From NCBI RefSeq assembly GCF_006345805.1, contig NC_043001.1, positions 42,904,001-42,968,000 on the forward strand: a stretch of 64,000 bases of DNA. Reading direction: 5' to 3'. The DNA is from Octopus sinensis. Taxonomy: Eukaryota. The position numbers and the translations under genes were made by a program. This document shows, one piece after another, positions 25,390-38,084 of the stretch. The notes under the pieces were generated by a model. It saw only the letters and a program-made list of their open reading frames with translations, ran no database searches and had not been told where the DNA came from. Position 1 is the first letter of the stretch. Each line of letters starts with the position of its first letter.

Positions 25390-25736
25390 ATGACATTCAT
25401 AAAAAATGAAATGTAAAATGTTTTGTTTTTTCTTAAACACAAGATATAGTGTTCAAATTCAGGATGTTTTTGAAAGACACTATATTTTATAATCATAGTA
25501 CATATACTTTCTCATACAACAATTACAATATATTTATTTTAAATCGTTCATCTTTCTCCCCCCCCCTCTCTCTCACACATATTACTTTGGGTGCGAAAGA
25601 GTTTTGTTTTTATTTTACGCCGAGTAAAAAAGTGTTTTGTTGAGAGTCAATATTACTTAGTTTGGTTTGAAATAAAGAACTTGATTAGCTTAATAATCGT
25701 AACTTAATCCCGGGCAAGGCCGGGTTATACTGCTAG
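25034..25736 (+). mobile_element. Non-autonomous Helitron
   Basis: 5' A|TCTATA (25033/25034). 3' hairpin CCCGG-GCAAGG-CCGGG (25709-25724) followed by CTAG|T (25733-25737). Internal (TG)n and (GA)n tracts. Confidence 0.75.
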
Positions 25737-26038
25737 TGTATTTCTATATAACTGTAACAAATTTATTTTGCAGGGCGTGATTGCCTTGTTTGTTTCTAAC
25801 ATATCCTTTATCTTCTGCATCCTGTATGCATGTTATTTCAATATATCACACAATCTGTGTTGAACTCAACAAGAGAAGCTCTTTGTTGTTAACAGAGACT
25901 TATTGGAAAAACTTGAACCAGAGGTTGTTAAATATTTTGTTCCATAATAATATATTGAAATCCTGTTTTTCATCATATGAAATGATCAGTTGTGTATGTA
26001 AATTGATATTTCTGTTTTGGTTATTATGTATCCTCCAG

Positions 26039-26101
26039 AGAGAAGAGAAAAAAAGACAAATGAAATTGGAAAACCTTGAAGGGAAATTGTCCAGCACTTC
26101 T
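26039..26101 (+). CDS. SELENOS: Selenoprotein S next internal exon
   Basis: Acceptor tcctccAG (26037-26038) and donor GTAAGT (26102). 63 nt, phase 0 to 0, in frame with the 4295-4401 exon. Encodes REEKKRQMKLENLEGKLSSTS, compared with human [21 protein letters not shown]. Confidence 0.75.
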
Positions 26102-28899
26102 GTAAGTTATATTTTATTTGTTAACAACATTTTTGTAACGGATAAAAATGATAAATAATTTTCTTTCGGAAAATCAAGAACTATAATGTAGTTTTTTGTT
26201 TCAGTTGTTTTTGAAAAATATACTTAAAATATCCCTTTGAAATGATACTCTGAACCTAACCAGTATAATTATATTTTTACAAGAAATTCAGATATTAAAA
26301 AAAGGTAATATCACTAGATTAAGTTCCCCAAACTATAAGCATGCTGGCTTTTCAATGATTTTGTTAACATATAAGCTGCAGTGTCATTACAACTAAAAAC
26401 CCCATATTCCAATGGAGTAAAGAGATGTAATTTTTGATTGGCAGAGATGTATATCATGTTGATTCAATGCTTGAATATGTTACATAAGCAGGCAAAAGTT
26501 TTGTCTATGTGCAGGTATATGAATAAATTCGTCTTATTTCTGTTGCAAACTGATCATACAGATCATTGATCTCAGGCATCATGTAACACCATACAATAAT
26601 GGTTCTTCTTTGTTGTTGTATTAATATTTAACCACCACTGACTTTCTCATAGTAATGTATTCCACACCCTGCATAAGTGACATGTAGTTTAGTTATTATA
26701 GAAATTTTTTCTCCTCAACCATCAACAGCATGGCAACCTCACATTGCTGTACTCTTTTTTAAAAAATATTTCAAATAATTTGCTGTGTTTGTTGTTATTT
26801 ATTGGTTCATCAGTCAAGTTTTTCCATTCATCGTTTCATCACCTGAGGAATCCTATGTTGCAAGAAACTTCTGAGCTTCAAATGAATATATATATATATA
26901 TATATATATAAATACACACACACACACAATTTTTCTTTTAAACAGATTGTATCAAAGACATGACAGCATTTCGATTTAGTCTTTATTAAGGACTCTTCCT
27001 ACAAGCTTGCTAGTCCTTTATGTTTAATTTTGAATGAATATGTTCCTAAGTTAATTAATATTTCTAGACCTACTAAGTCTAATCTTGTAAGTGAAATGAT
27101 GATAGTGGCAATTTTTGTTGCTATATTTTTATAGTAGACATCAAGTGATCATGACAGTGATGTAACTGAAAGAAAGGTTCTTCACTGAATTAACAGTTTG
27201 TTTAACTACTAATTCCATTTTATTTACCTAGTTTATTCTATGTGTTGCATTTGTGTATTGAATTTTAGTCTATATTTTGTTAGCTTCCACAACTAAGAAT
27301 TTTTATTGTTTTTGGTGGAATTCTTTATAAGTTGATAGTATTATCAGCTGATATTTTTCTGTCTAGCTTTGCTTTGCATTTTGTATGAAAATATATTACA
27401 AAGGCTCCTTGATATAGTCAACTGATGAGAAAGTTTTGTACTTGTGTGTTCAATGAAACAGTTTCAATTTTTATGTTTACATTGAAATTTGTATATTACA
27501 TTGGTTGCTTGAAGTGTGTTCTGTGGCTATTAGATTTGTGGGTGTTTTGTAATATATTCTTTGTGTTAGTTTCTGATTAGGTGTAATACATGTATATGTT
27601 GGGTGCACTTATATGAGAGAGAGAGAGATATATATATATGCGAAGAAGGAGAGAGAATTATTGATGACAAGGCTTTATTAGGTTGGGAAAACAAACATAT
27701 TTAGATGTAAGAAATATGTCATCAATAGCTGAAATACACATCATTTCTCATATTTCCCTTTCATTCCTTGCTAGCCCTAGGTCAGGCCTTAGTGAAAGGA
27801 TCCACTATCAAGGTCACTCATCTTGACCATCCCAAATTTCTGCATATTTATGACAACATTGTCCAATACTGTCCATCTTTGAAGATAGTAGGAAGTAATT
27901 TGAGTGAGTTTTGGCTGCTATTTGAAGTAGTTCAGCAACTTTACACACAATTCCTCTAAATTTACCTATCAAGTGTTGTTATATGTTAGGATTCTTCACA
28001 GATTGTGCAGTATTAAGCAGTTGAAATATATTTTCCCATTTAGGGTAGAATGTCAGTTTATATCAGCTTTTATTCATTTCAGCCATCTAGTGGTAAAAAA
28101 TATTATTTTACAAATGGATCCATCATTCATTTCCTCTATCAGTAAATCCCAGGAACATCTTTCATTGCTGGAACTTATAGCCTTATAATAATTACAGCTA
28201 AGTGGGGAGCTAACCTTCAGAGTCTGTGTATCTAGTCTTTTTTTTTCTAATTAGTTGAATATAAAAGCTAAATTACTTGGCTTTTTCTTTTTCCATGTAA
28301 CAAAGAAAATGTGTACAAAACCATTTTTTTAATGCTGACCCTTGTATTTAGTATCCTTCTATATATCATAATTCCCAAAAATATGATTTTTTTTGTGTTC
28401 CAGTAGTAAAAAGGCTCTGTCTGTCTCTTTATCAGTTTTGACACTGAAGGTCAAAAAAATAAACAAAGGAAGACAGAGAGAAAAACTAATTGATCTTATT
28501 GCTAGGCATGTTATTTACAGGGATTTTAAAAAATCATTCATTGTGATAGTACTAATTATATTGATAGTTAAAGACTGTGTTATACAGAGTAGAGTAATGG
28601 TTTCCACTGTTCATATTACCTGACATCATGTAAGTAAAACTCTTTAAGTTCCATGGATAAATGAGTAAACCACAAGAGAAAATCTCTTTTGAATGCAAGG
28701 AAAATATGTCCAATAACAGAAGCTGAGGAGTACCAAATGAATAATTACATGACAACTAGATTACATGTGAAATCTGCACTTTGCATGTGAAAGATTTCTT
28801 CACTTAGGATAAATCTTGCACACATAAGGTGTGAAAGGTACATGTTGACAGCAGTTGTAATTGCTAGCAGGTTGTGAGATGACAGGTATGTATTGATCT

Positions 28900-31560
28900 T
28901 ATTCTATTATTGACCTGATAAATACTAAAGAGAACCACTCGATGCCTCAGATTGAAACTCAAGGAGAATAACATTTGAAGTAGAATTTACAAAGACACAG
29001 AAACTTAGATGATATAAAGAACAGTGTAAAGATGTAGTTAGATACAACTTCAAGGTGAACTTAAAATACCATGGCAAACTGCTATTAATATGATGTATGA
29101 ACTGTGAAACTAGAAATTATGAAATAGCAGTTGCCAGACTAAGTATACATGGCCAAACAATTGACAACCACGAGATGACATAATATGAATAACCATAGAA
29201 ATTCAAACTCATACAACTATATTTAAATTGGTAAGCAGGTGTAGGTAAATGTAATCAATCTCCTTAGGCTTCAATGAATAAAAGCATACAGATAATGACA
29301 ATCAAACAGGCAATTTGTTGACAAATGAAAGACAACCTGATCAGCAGTTGGGATACACTGAGACAATAAAATGCTTGTAACAGAAAGTCAATACCAAAGG
29401 CACCTGTGACAAAAGAGTTGAAAAGGCCATGCAGAATGTCAATGAATCAATAATCAAAGATTATAGAATAAATGTCACGGATCTAAGCCATTTGATGTAT
29501 ACAACGAATATATAAATGGTAAATGAAAAATGACACATAGAAATGACAACAAAAGAAACACCAGTGATAAACTCCTAGCAGGCAAAATCAGAATAATGGA
29601 AATCACTAAAGTGAGAAAAGATCTTACTACACTCATACTAGAAACTGAAACAGAGAATACAAGTAAGGATATAAGACAAAGAAGAAGAAAAGAAAAAAGC
29701 TAAGAAAATCAGGCAATACCATAACGCAAACGAGATGACAAAAAGAACAGTAGTGTTAAAACAAAATATTAAACAAAAGAAAGGATACAAAGGTATGAGA
29801 AAAGGCTTTAATCTTTAGCCATTAGAAGATGTTTAAAGAAAGTGCATAGAGATTTTTTGGCCAGCTTAACCACCAGAACAATAAACATTACAAAGCACAC
29901 AATCAATGAATTATGGGAAAACATTTGCAAAGTAGCAGGCTTGATAAGAGTAATAAAAATAACATAGAAAGAAAACAGGAATGTGCATTCCTGTTTGGTT
30001 TTTAAACAAGAATGTACATCAGCAATGAAATATCACAAATGATGAAGTCTAATAGAGAGTGACACCAATTTTTGAAAGAAACCTGTCCCAGATCAGTTAA
30101 AAGGGTTTTAGTTCAACTATCAGTAATCCAGCCAGTGACATCATCAAGTGTATTCAGTAATCAGTTGATTGAAAATCTGGTTTGCTACAAGTGATATCAG
30201 CCTAGTGGAGGCACATGGCCTAGTGGTTAGAGCAGCAGACTCGTGGTCGAGGGATCGCGGGTTTGAATCTCAGACTGGGCGATGTGTGTGTTTATGAGCG
30301 AAACATCTAAGCTCTATGCGGCTCCGGCAGAAGGTAATGGCGAACTTCTGCTGACTCATTCGCCACAACTTTCTCTCACTCTTCCCTCCTGCATCTTGCA
30401 GCTCACCTGCGACGGACCAGCGTCCCGTCCAGGTGGGGAACCTATACGCCAAGAAACTGGGAAACCGGCCCTTATGAGCCAGGTATGGCTCGAGAAGGAA
30501 CAAACAACAACAAATATCAGCCTACTTCCCAAATACAGTGACATAACTAATGCCTAAAATTATAGAGTAATCACTTTTACAACCTACTTACAAAAAGAAC
30601 CTTTCAAGAAAAAATTGAAAGAATGTGAAAGAGACTTTGACTTAATCTATTCCAAGAGTAATATTAGTAACACTGACACATTCTAGCTTTTTCCTCTTTG
30701 TTATTGTGTCTAGCCTCAGCACCCCTGAGCCAGCAGCTCAATGAAACAAGAGTTATGAAGTTAATTAAAGAGAGAAGTGTGTCTGCTAAATTGGTTTCTT
30801 TTTTAACCATCACCATATTGTCTCCTTCAAATGTTAATTAAGATTTCAGTATATCAATCAATTTCCCATCAAATATTTTATTGATTTTTGAGTTGTTATC
30901 TTTGCTTTGTTTGGTTGAATTAAGCATTTTTCAATAGTGTTTATCTCTTCTCAATATGGGAACAATTTTGATTAGTGTACCTCATCAATACTTCAAAGCA
31001 AATGAAGTTTAGAATTAAAGAGAATATTTTTAGTCATGATAAACAATATTTTGTAAAACACCTTTCCTAGAGACCTTAATGCCAATTGAATAAACAAAAC
31101 AAAAGGCTGTAGAAGGGGAAGTGGGATGAAAGAACAATAGAAAGTCTTTTGGTTATATCCTTATTTTAAGCACTGGCTACTAGAAACTATGAAGCTGTTG
31201 GAATCACAAATTACTTCAAAATATAGTCTTAAGGAGAAATTTGATCAATCAAAGAACACATTGTTATCTTCTACTGACTAAACATAAATATATAAAAAAC
31301 ATGACAGACAGAACAATTAAAGATAACTATCCAGCTATCATTAAGAGCACAGATGTTAGAATGTTACTAAGTATACATGTATACCATCTGAAAGAAATAT
31401 ATTTGCCAAACCAGCATAAAAGACATTGTGTGGACAAATAACTGAAACCGCAAATAATAAAACAGCTGTGACTGTTATAATGAGAGTCTTGAATGCTATT
31501 AACAAAGAACCAACATTAGATGTTACAATAATCTTAACACTGTCTCAATTTTGAGATACA
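28900..31560 (+). mobile_element. Highly degraded R4/Dong-like non-LTR remnant
   Basis: Near 31080-31140: LMP...QKGCRRGSGMKEQ (RT motif EQKGCRRGSxGxKEQL). Strongly A-biased, coding-like sequence with many stops. Boundaries are uncertain. Confidence 0.4.
30207..30513 (+). mobile_element. tRNA-derived SINE (family B) with TSD
   Basis: A box TGGCCTAGTGG, B box GGTTTGAATC, (AAC)n tail. TSD ATATCAGCCTA(G/C)T at 30194-30206 and 30514-30526. Confidence 0.9.
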
Positions 31561-34060
31561 GAAGACAATATTTTCTAGCATTATATACATATTAAAATTA
31601 TAGCAGCTAAATTTTCCTTAAATCGCATTTTACTATCTTCAGAATGAGATCGCATTTTAGCATCTTCAGAATGAGAAAAGCACTCTGGAAAATGTCCTAC
31701 GAATTCCTATAAGAACAGGATGATCATGGTAGGAATACTTGTGATCATAGCTCTACTTAGGGCTGTTTATAGGATTAAGAACAAGAACAAAGCAACTAAA
31801 TTGTATGCATTCTAAATATTCATCTTCTGAATTCTTCTCACTTATAATGTCTTGACTCCATAATTATTATTCCTATTAGAAGTAATTTATGTACTTACCT
31901 TCAAAGCCTTATTCAACCATTCTGTTATTCATTCATGTGGGAGAGTTTTCCCATAGCAATGTAAGCCATCAAGTTTGCACAAAAAAACCCTCTTTTTCTT
32001 TGCTTACTCTACTGCCATTTCAGCAAGGCAAGAGGTATCAGGTATTTTCCTAAAGGTACAATGCTGTATCACTGATGGAGTAATAGCATTGATCACAAAA
32101 TATAAGATCACAAATTTGTAAAGGTAAGGTGTAATTGATTATAAATCTAGTATACTATTGATACTTATTTTATTAAATTCAAAGGGTGGGAAGGTATAGT
32201 AAACTCCAAACTTCACCAGGGACACAGTCCTTATCAGTGTTCAGAAAACAGAGCCTACTGTTTATGAATCAATCTTTTTCACTTGAGTACATTTACCCAT
32301 CAAGATATGCTATGGTAACTTATCATACTTCAGCATGGTTTTTCTTATACATAGTTTGAATCACTATGTTAAAGAATAATTAAAAATAACACAAGCATTT
32401 TGTTTGTATTGATAATTTTTTATAACTTTGACATTACTTGTTTAAATTTGTTGATTTTGGCAGTTTCAGATTTGAATAGGTGTTTTGATTGTTTTATGTT
32501 GATAAAATTTTTTCCATCTATATTAACTGCTGTAATTAAGGTATCATGACAAAGGAAAAACAAAATGTTGATGGCAAGGTTTACTTCCATGACTTTTGAA
32601 GTGTAGGCTCTCTAAATTTAACCATTATAATTGTTTGTTATGTATAACACTTGTACATAATGTAATTTATATAATGCCGTCCGAAAATGAATCACAATTT
32701 GTGTAATATCAGCTATACTATCACCTTTAGTACAATTGTGATTTATCTAATGATGACATGTGTGAAATTATCTTGAGGATCCATTATACATACGATTCAG
32801 CTTTTAAAATAACTGTCATGTATGCTAAACTACTGGTACATCACATTGCTAGTTTGATGAGAACTTAATCAGAGGCAATTAAGAATAGAAATTCTTTGAT
32901 TTGCAATTCCAATTAATTACAATTTATTTGTCTTTACTGAATTTTGACATAAGGATATCAAATGACTAGTAATTAATGTAAAATTGATATTTAATAATAA
33001 ACATTAAGGTGATATTTCAGTGTGGCCAATATTCAATTAATCAGAAGTTATTGTATGCTCTTCTTGATTATAAATTGGAACAACAGTTAAATCAGATGTT
33101 GAAGTTATGTAAGATAACACAAAGTCATATTTATTAAGCTATTCTGTTTTCATATCAATCTCAATAGATAGTGTTCTGTTAGGTATTTATCTTTATAATT
33201 TCTAAATGTACAAATGACAATGAACATGTCTAGAAAACAAAATGTACTCTGTTCATTAGTATTAAATAACTACTGTCATTCTTAATGCTACCATCCATTC
33301 ACGAGAACTTTCATCATTTCATTACCTTCATCATCAGCATCATGAGTGCTATCATCATGGTTGTTTTTGTCGTTGTCATTGTTGCTTGTCACTTTATTAT
33401 CATCAACATCATCCCCTCACCACCACCTTTGTCAATTTAACATCTGCTTTTTCAAGTAATTAATGAGAAAAGAGAGAGAGAAAGGTTCAGATACTGGTAG
33501 AGAGTTAGCAGTATATTAGCAAAAGATGCAGTGCATGAAACTTACAAAGCATCCAGGCAGATTGCAAAGAAAGAGGTAGCAAAGGTACAGGAGGAACATA
33601 AGTAAATTTTCAGAGAATGTATGGATTCATTGCAATTGGTGCACTGTATCTAACTTCTGCCTTCACTTTTCTGACAGGGTTCAATATTTCTCGGTGCTGA
33701 CACTTCAAACATATCATAGAAGACTTCCATTGGTATTACCCTTCATTCTGCTGTATGTCTCATTTTTAACTGGCTAAGGTGTCTCTCATGATCCATGTAA
33801 GTTCAATGAGCATAGTTTGGAGTCAAGTGAAGTTCATGTTAGTTCACAGTGAAGTCGGAAGGTGTCAGTTGGTTAGTTCACAAGGAGAATTGATTGTTGG
33901 TGTGTAAAGAGATTTGTTAGTTCATTATATTGTTTTTACTGTTGTCTGGTTATCTTATTTACTGTATGTAGCAACAATATATATATATATACACACATAC
34001 ACACACATGCACACACATACTAACACAAACACACACACACACATATATACATAAAAAAAA

Positions 34061-34299
34061 GTAAAGTTCCTTCCCTAGTTATATAGACTCATAGGGCTGG
34101 TTTCCATGGCATATATATTCCTCACCTGGATGTGACGCTAGTCTGTCTCAGGATTACTCATTTTTGCCAGCTGAGTGGACAGGAACAACATGAAATGAAA
34201 TGTTTTCCTCAGTAACACAACACATTGCCCGGTCCAGGAATCAAAACCTCAATCTTACGATAATGAGTCCATCATCTTAACCACTAAGCCATGCGTCTC
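34061..34299 (-). mobile_element. tRNA-derived SINE with a family-B-like tail
   Basis: Minus-strand head GAGACGCATGGCTTAGTGGTTAAG. The tail resembles the 30207 copy (…CCAGGTGAGGAA…GAAACCAGCCCTATGAG…GAAGGAAC). Confidence 0.75.
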
Positions 34300-34336
34300 T
34301 CTCTATACATACATGCACACACACGCACACACACAC

Positions 34337-34371
<35 letters not shown>

Positions 34372-34374
<3 letters not shown>

Positions 34375-35965
34375 TGACCTTATCTTCACGACTGGTGGTT
34401 TCATTGGACATATTGGGCAGCATCTGGGTGTCTTCCATGGTGTACATGGTGACCAGGGAATTGGTTCCTAAAATGAGGAGGGAATAAGGCTACTGGCGTT
34501 CTGTGGTGTGAATAACCTAATGATCTGCAACACTAACTTCAAGAAGACAGTCACTCACATAATAACCTACCAAATGGGTGACCACACCAGCCAGATTGAT
34601 TACAAAGTGAGATACCTGGTTGCTCATAAATGCAAAGGTCTTCTCCAATGAAGAATGTACCCCTCAGTATAGATTAGTAATTAGTAGCTTCAAGCTTGAA
34701 GGATTCCAAAAGCAGACCTCTCTGGAAAAGAAGGATTTGGAAGCTTAAGGATATTTTAAATTGTCAGAGATTTAGAGGCATCTTAATTGAAGCATTTCAT
34801 AGGGAGGAGGAATCAGACATGTAACCTAGAGGACAGCTGGAAGTTCCTACAGGACAACTTACTGAGTGTCACAAAACAAATCTATGGCTGGTGCAAAGTC
34901 CCAACCAGACCTAGGGTGATATGATGGTGGAACAGTGTAGTAGACAGAGCCATTAGAGTGAAGAAACTAGAAGAATGGTAGTAGCAGGAACTATATCAGA
35001 TAGCTAGATGACAGGTATACTTAGCCTGGGGAGAAGTAGAAAGGAAGAAGTCTGCCAATGTTTTGTGGTATGAGGACCAGAAGCTTGAGATGTTTTGGAT
35101 TGCAAGACAGTGTGTCAGAGAAAGCCATGATGTTGTAGAAGAGAAGTGTGTTCTCATGGATGATGGCTCACTTGCAGTTAGTGGTTCTATAAAGAAAGAG
35201 GCTTAGAAATGCCACTAGAAGGAGAGTCTGCCTAATGTGAACCCAAGAGAAGGACCAGTTATCTGAATCAAGTGTAGCTTAGTAGATAAAGCAATTAAGG
35301 ATATGAAGACAGGAAAAAAACCGCAGCCCATCAGGAATCACTGCTGAGATGCTTAAAATAACTGGCGGGGTGAGATATGGTTTGGTCACCCATATAGTTA
35401 ATCAGGTTGTCCATGAGGGAGTCGTGCCCAATGACTAGTGTAGCAGCATTATAGTCAGCTGCTACAAAGGTAAAGGTGACACTTTAGACAGAAATAACTT
35501 CAGAGGTATCAAACTACTGGACCAGGTGATGAAAGTTACAGAAACGGTCATAGCTCAATTAATTAGGAAGAGAGTGTATATGCAGTTTGGTTTTGTGCCA
35601 GGAAAAAGCATTACTGATGCTATCTTTCTGATGAGGCAACTACAGGAGAAGTATTTAGCCCAAAATAAACCTTTGTACCTGGCTTTTGTTGTCCTGGAGA
35701 AAGCTTTTGACTGGGTTCCCCACTTAATTATCTGGTGGGCAATGTGGAAGCTAGGGATAAATGAGTAGTTAATGAGAGATGTACAAGCCATGTACAAGAA
35801 TGCTGTAGTTAAGTGAAAGTTGGCAATGAGTATAACAAGGAACTTAGTGTACAGGTAGTTCACTAAGGATTGGTTCTCAGCCCCTCTTGCTTATCATAGT
35901 CCTCCAGGCCACAAAGAGGAAGTTAAGACTGGCTGCCCTTGGAAGCTCCCTTCTGCAGACAAATT
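34372..35965 (+). mobile_element. RTE-clade LINE fragment (APE endonuclease plus RT)
   Basis: CNTNFKK, QIDY, NNFRGIKLLDQVMKV, QFGFVPG, EKAFDWVP and GCPW remnants. Confidence 0.9.
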
Positions 35966-36219
35966 TATCCTCTTTCCTTTACTGGGACTATTTGTGATGC
36001 TCCTAGTTAATATCCAAATATAAACGCTTCATCCAAATGTAATTTAAGTATTAAAAATTTTTCTATCTAATGAATTTCTAATAGGAAATTCTTTACACGT
36101 CTGTCTAATATGTAAATCTTTGTAATTTCCATTAGCAAATGAAACACATGTAATGGCAAATAGCTAATACCAAAAAATTTTCTCCTGCCTGTTTTGTTAT
36201 GTGTGTGTATGTGTATTCT

Positions 36220-36253
<34 letters not shown>

Positions 36254-36256
36254 TAT

Positions 36257-36653
36257 GTAGGTACAGGTATGACTTTGTGGTAAGAAGCTTGCTTCCCAAC
36301 CACATGGTTCAGGGTTCAGTCCCACTGCATGGCACCTTGGGCAAGTGTCTTCTACTACAGCCTCAGGCCAACCAAAACCTTGTGAGTGAATTTGGTAGAC
36401 AGAAACTGAAAGAAGCATGTCATATATATGTGTGTGTGTGTCTCTTTATGTCTGTGTTTGTCCCCAACAACTGTTGTTGGTATGTTTATGTCTCCGTAAC
36501 TTAGCGGTTTGGCAAAAGAGGTTGATAGAATGAGCCCTAGATTTTAAAAAATAAGTTCTAGGGTTGATTGTTCTACTAAATCCCTTTAAGGCAGTGCTCC
36601 AGCATGGCCACAGTCAAATGTCTAAAACAAATGAAAGATAAAAAGATAAAAGA
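36257..36653 (+). mobile_element. SINE family C
   Basis: Same head-microsatellite-tail layout as 14348-14743. Confidence 0.85.
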
Positions 36654-36689
36654 TATATAGTTCACTGTTCTGTTAAGGTAAGATCAACA

Positions 36690-37010
36690 AAAAAGTACTC
36701 CATTCAGTGAGAGGGTGGTGTCTTCCAGTGTGCCAAAAGAAATTTGTCCATATGCTTGCATTTGCTGAACATTTTGGGTCTGGAATAGTGTGGTGGAATT
36801 CTTGGATTGAAAAAGAATGTGCAATATTTCAGTTATGCATAAGTTACATTTCTTAGACCCATTTACATATAGCATGGATTTCATTACAATTCTCTATAAG
36901 TGGTGTGTTGTTGGTCTTCAAACCCCATATGTGGCTAACCAACTTAGTGGCTTTACTTTTGTCAATGTGCTGGAAGGAAGACTTGTGTCTTTTGAAATTG
37001 CCTTTGCATA
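36690..37010 (-). mobile_element. Penelope-like GIY-YIG fragment
   Basis: Minus-strand remnants HKSSFQH..KATKLVSHIWGLK and YVNGSKKCNLCITE, with frameshifts. Confidence 0.75.
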
Positions 37011-38084
37011 AACTGATCTAATTTTTCTTTTCAGTTACGTTATCTTGAAGCATTACTGTGACTTCTGCCTCATAGATGACAGAGTTTATCATACATGCCT
37101 GATCAAATGGGTAAGCTTCAAGGTCTAGACAGTTACAACTAGGATTACACTCTTAATGATGCTTATGAGTGACGATGTTCCCCATATTGAGAAAGCAGCT
37201 ATATGACATTTTTATTGTGCATCTATTAAAAAAATCTTCCTGTATTTATGGTTTACTAGGAAATGCTTGTCTAAAAGAGACAAGAATTTCTTGTCTTTAT
37301 TAGCATTTAGAGTAGCGATGGGGGTCCATTTTTAAGCTTCATATTTTTACTTGAAGTTTTGTAATATATCTTATCTTTGAAACTTCTGTTAGCTAGAGTA
37401 TTGTTATAGTAGGGGGCTGCAACCTCCTTTTTTTTTCATTTTTTCTTGTGATTTTTAATGTACAAGTGTCCTGGTTTTCAGATAGAACTGTGCTCAGAGC
37501 CTGAGAATTGCTTGGAGACACAAAGTACATTATAAAAACCTGTCTAGCCTCATGTTTTCATTGTAACAAATTATTAGTAGCTCCTATCTTTATACAGTGT
37601 ACATTAAACAATGTACACACATACACACATACACAAATATTTACACTCCTCCACAAAAGCATGTCTGGCCATCAAATTCATTATCCAAAGCTAGGGAAAA
37701 TATTAACTCACTTCTTAGTCTTTCTATCACCACTTTCCAAAAAATATCTGCTTCAATAGGTTTTGTTTGGCTCATGCAAGCTTGTAAAAGTGGACATCCA
37801 GCCAATGATGGCAGTGATAATTATGTGTTTGTTATAAAAATAATATATATGTAATTTATATAAATTATATACATTATATAAATTACACTGGGTAACAGGG
37901 ATCTGTTGTCTGATGTTGGAGACATGTTTCCTACTAATTCTGGGGTGCTGATTTCAAAAATGAAATCCATTTTGCTCTATCACATTAAGATTTTCCACAA
38001 ACTTAGATATCTGTTTTTCAACATTTCTGGTATTGTTACCATATCTAAGGATAGATTTGACATCATCAAATGTGAACCCATGTA

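Noticed and set aside
25781-26158. 125-aa ORF as a whole gene
   Set aside because: Only 26039-26101 is bounded by splice sites and similar to SELENOS; the rest is intronic read-through.
26843-26875. Second hammerhead-like CTGAGGA...GAAAC (also CTGATGA at ~55752)
   Set aside because: Stem II and stem I do not pair and there is no NUH triplet in register.
30207-30280. tRNA-like sequences (also 3133, 53331, 34299)
   Set aside because: They are heads of SINEs that continue into SINE bodies, and acceptor stems are not maintained.
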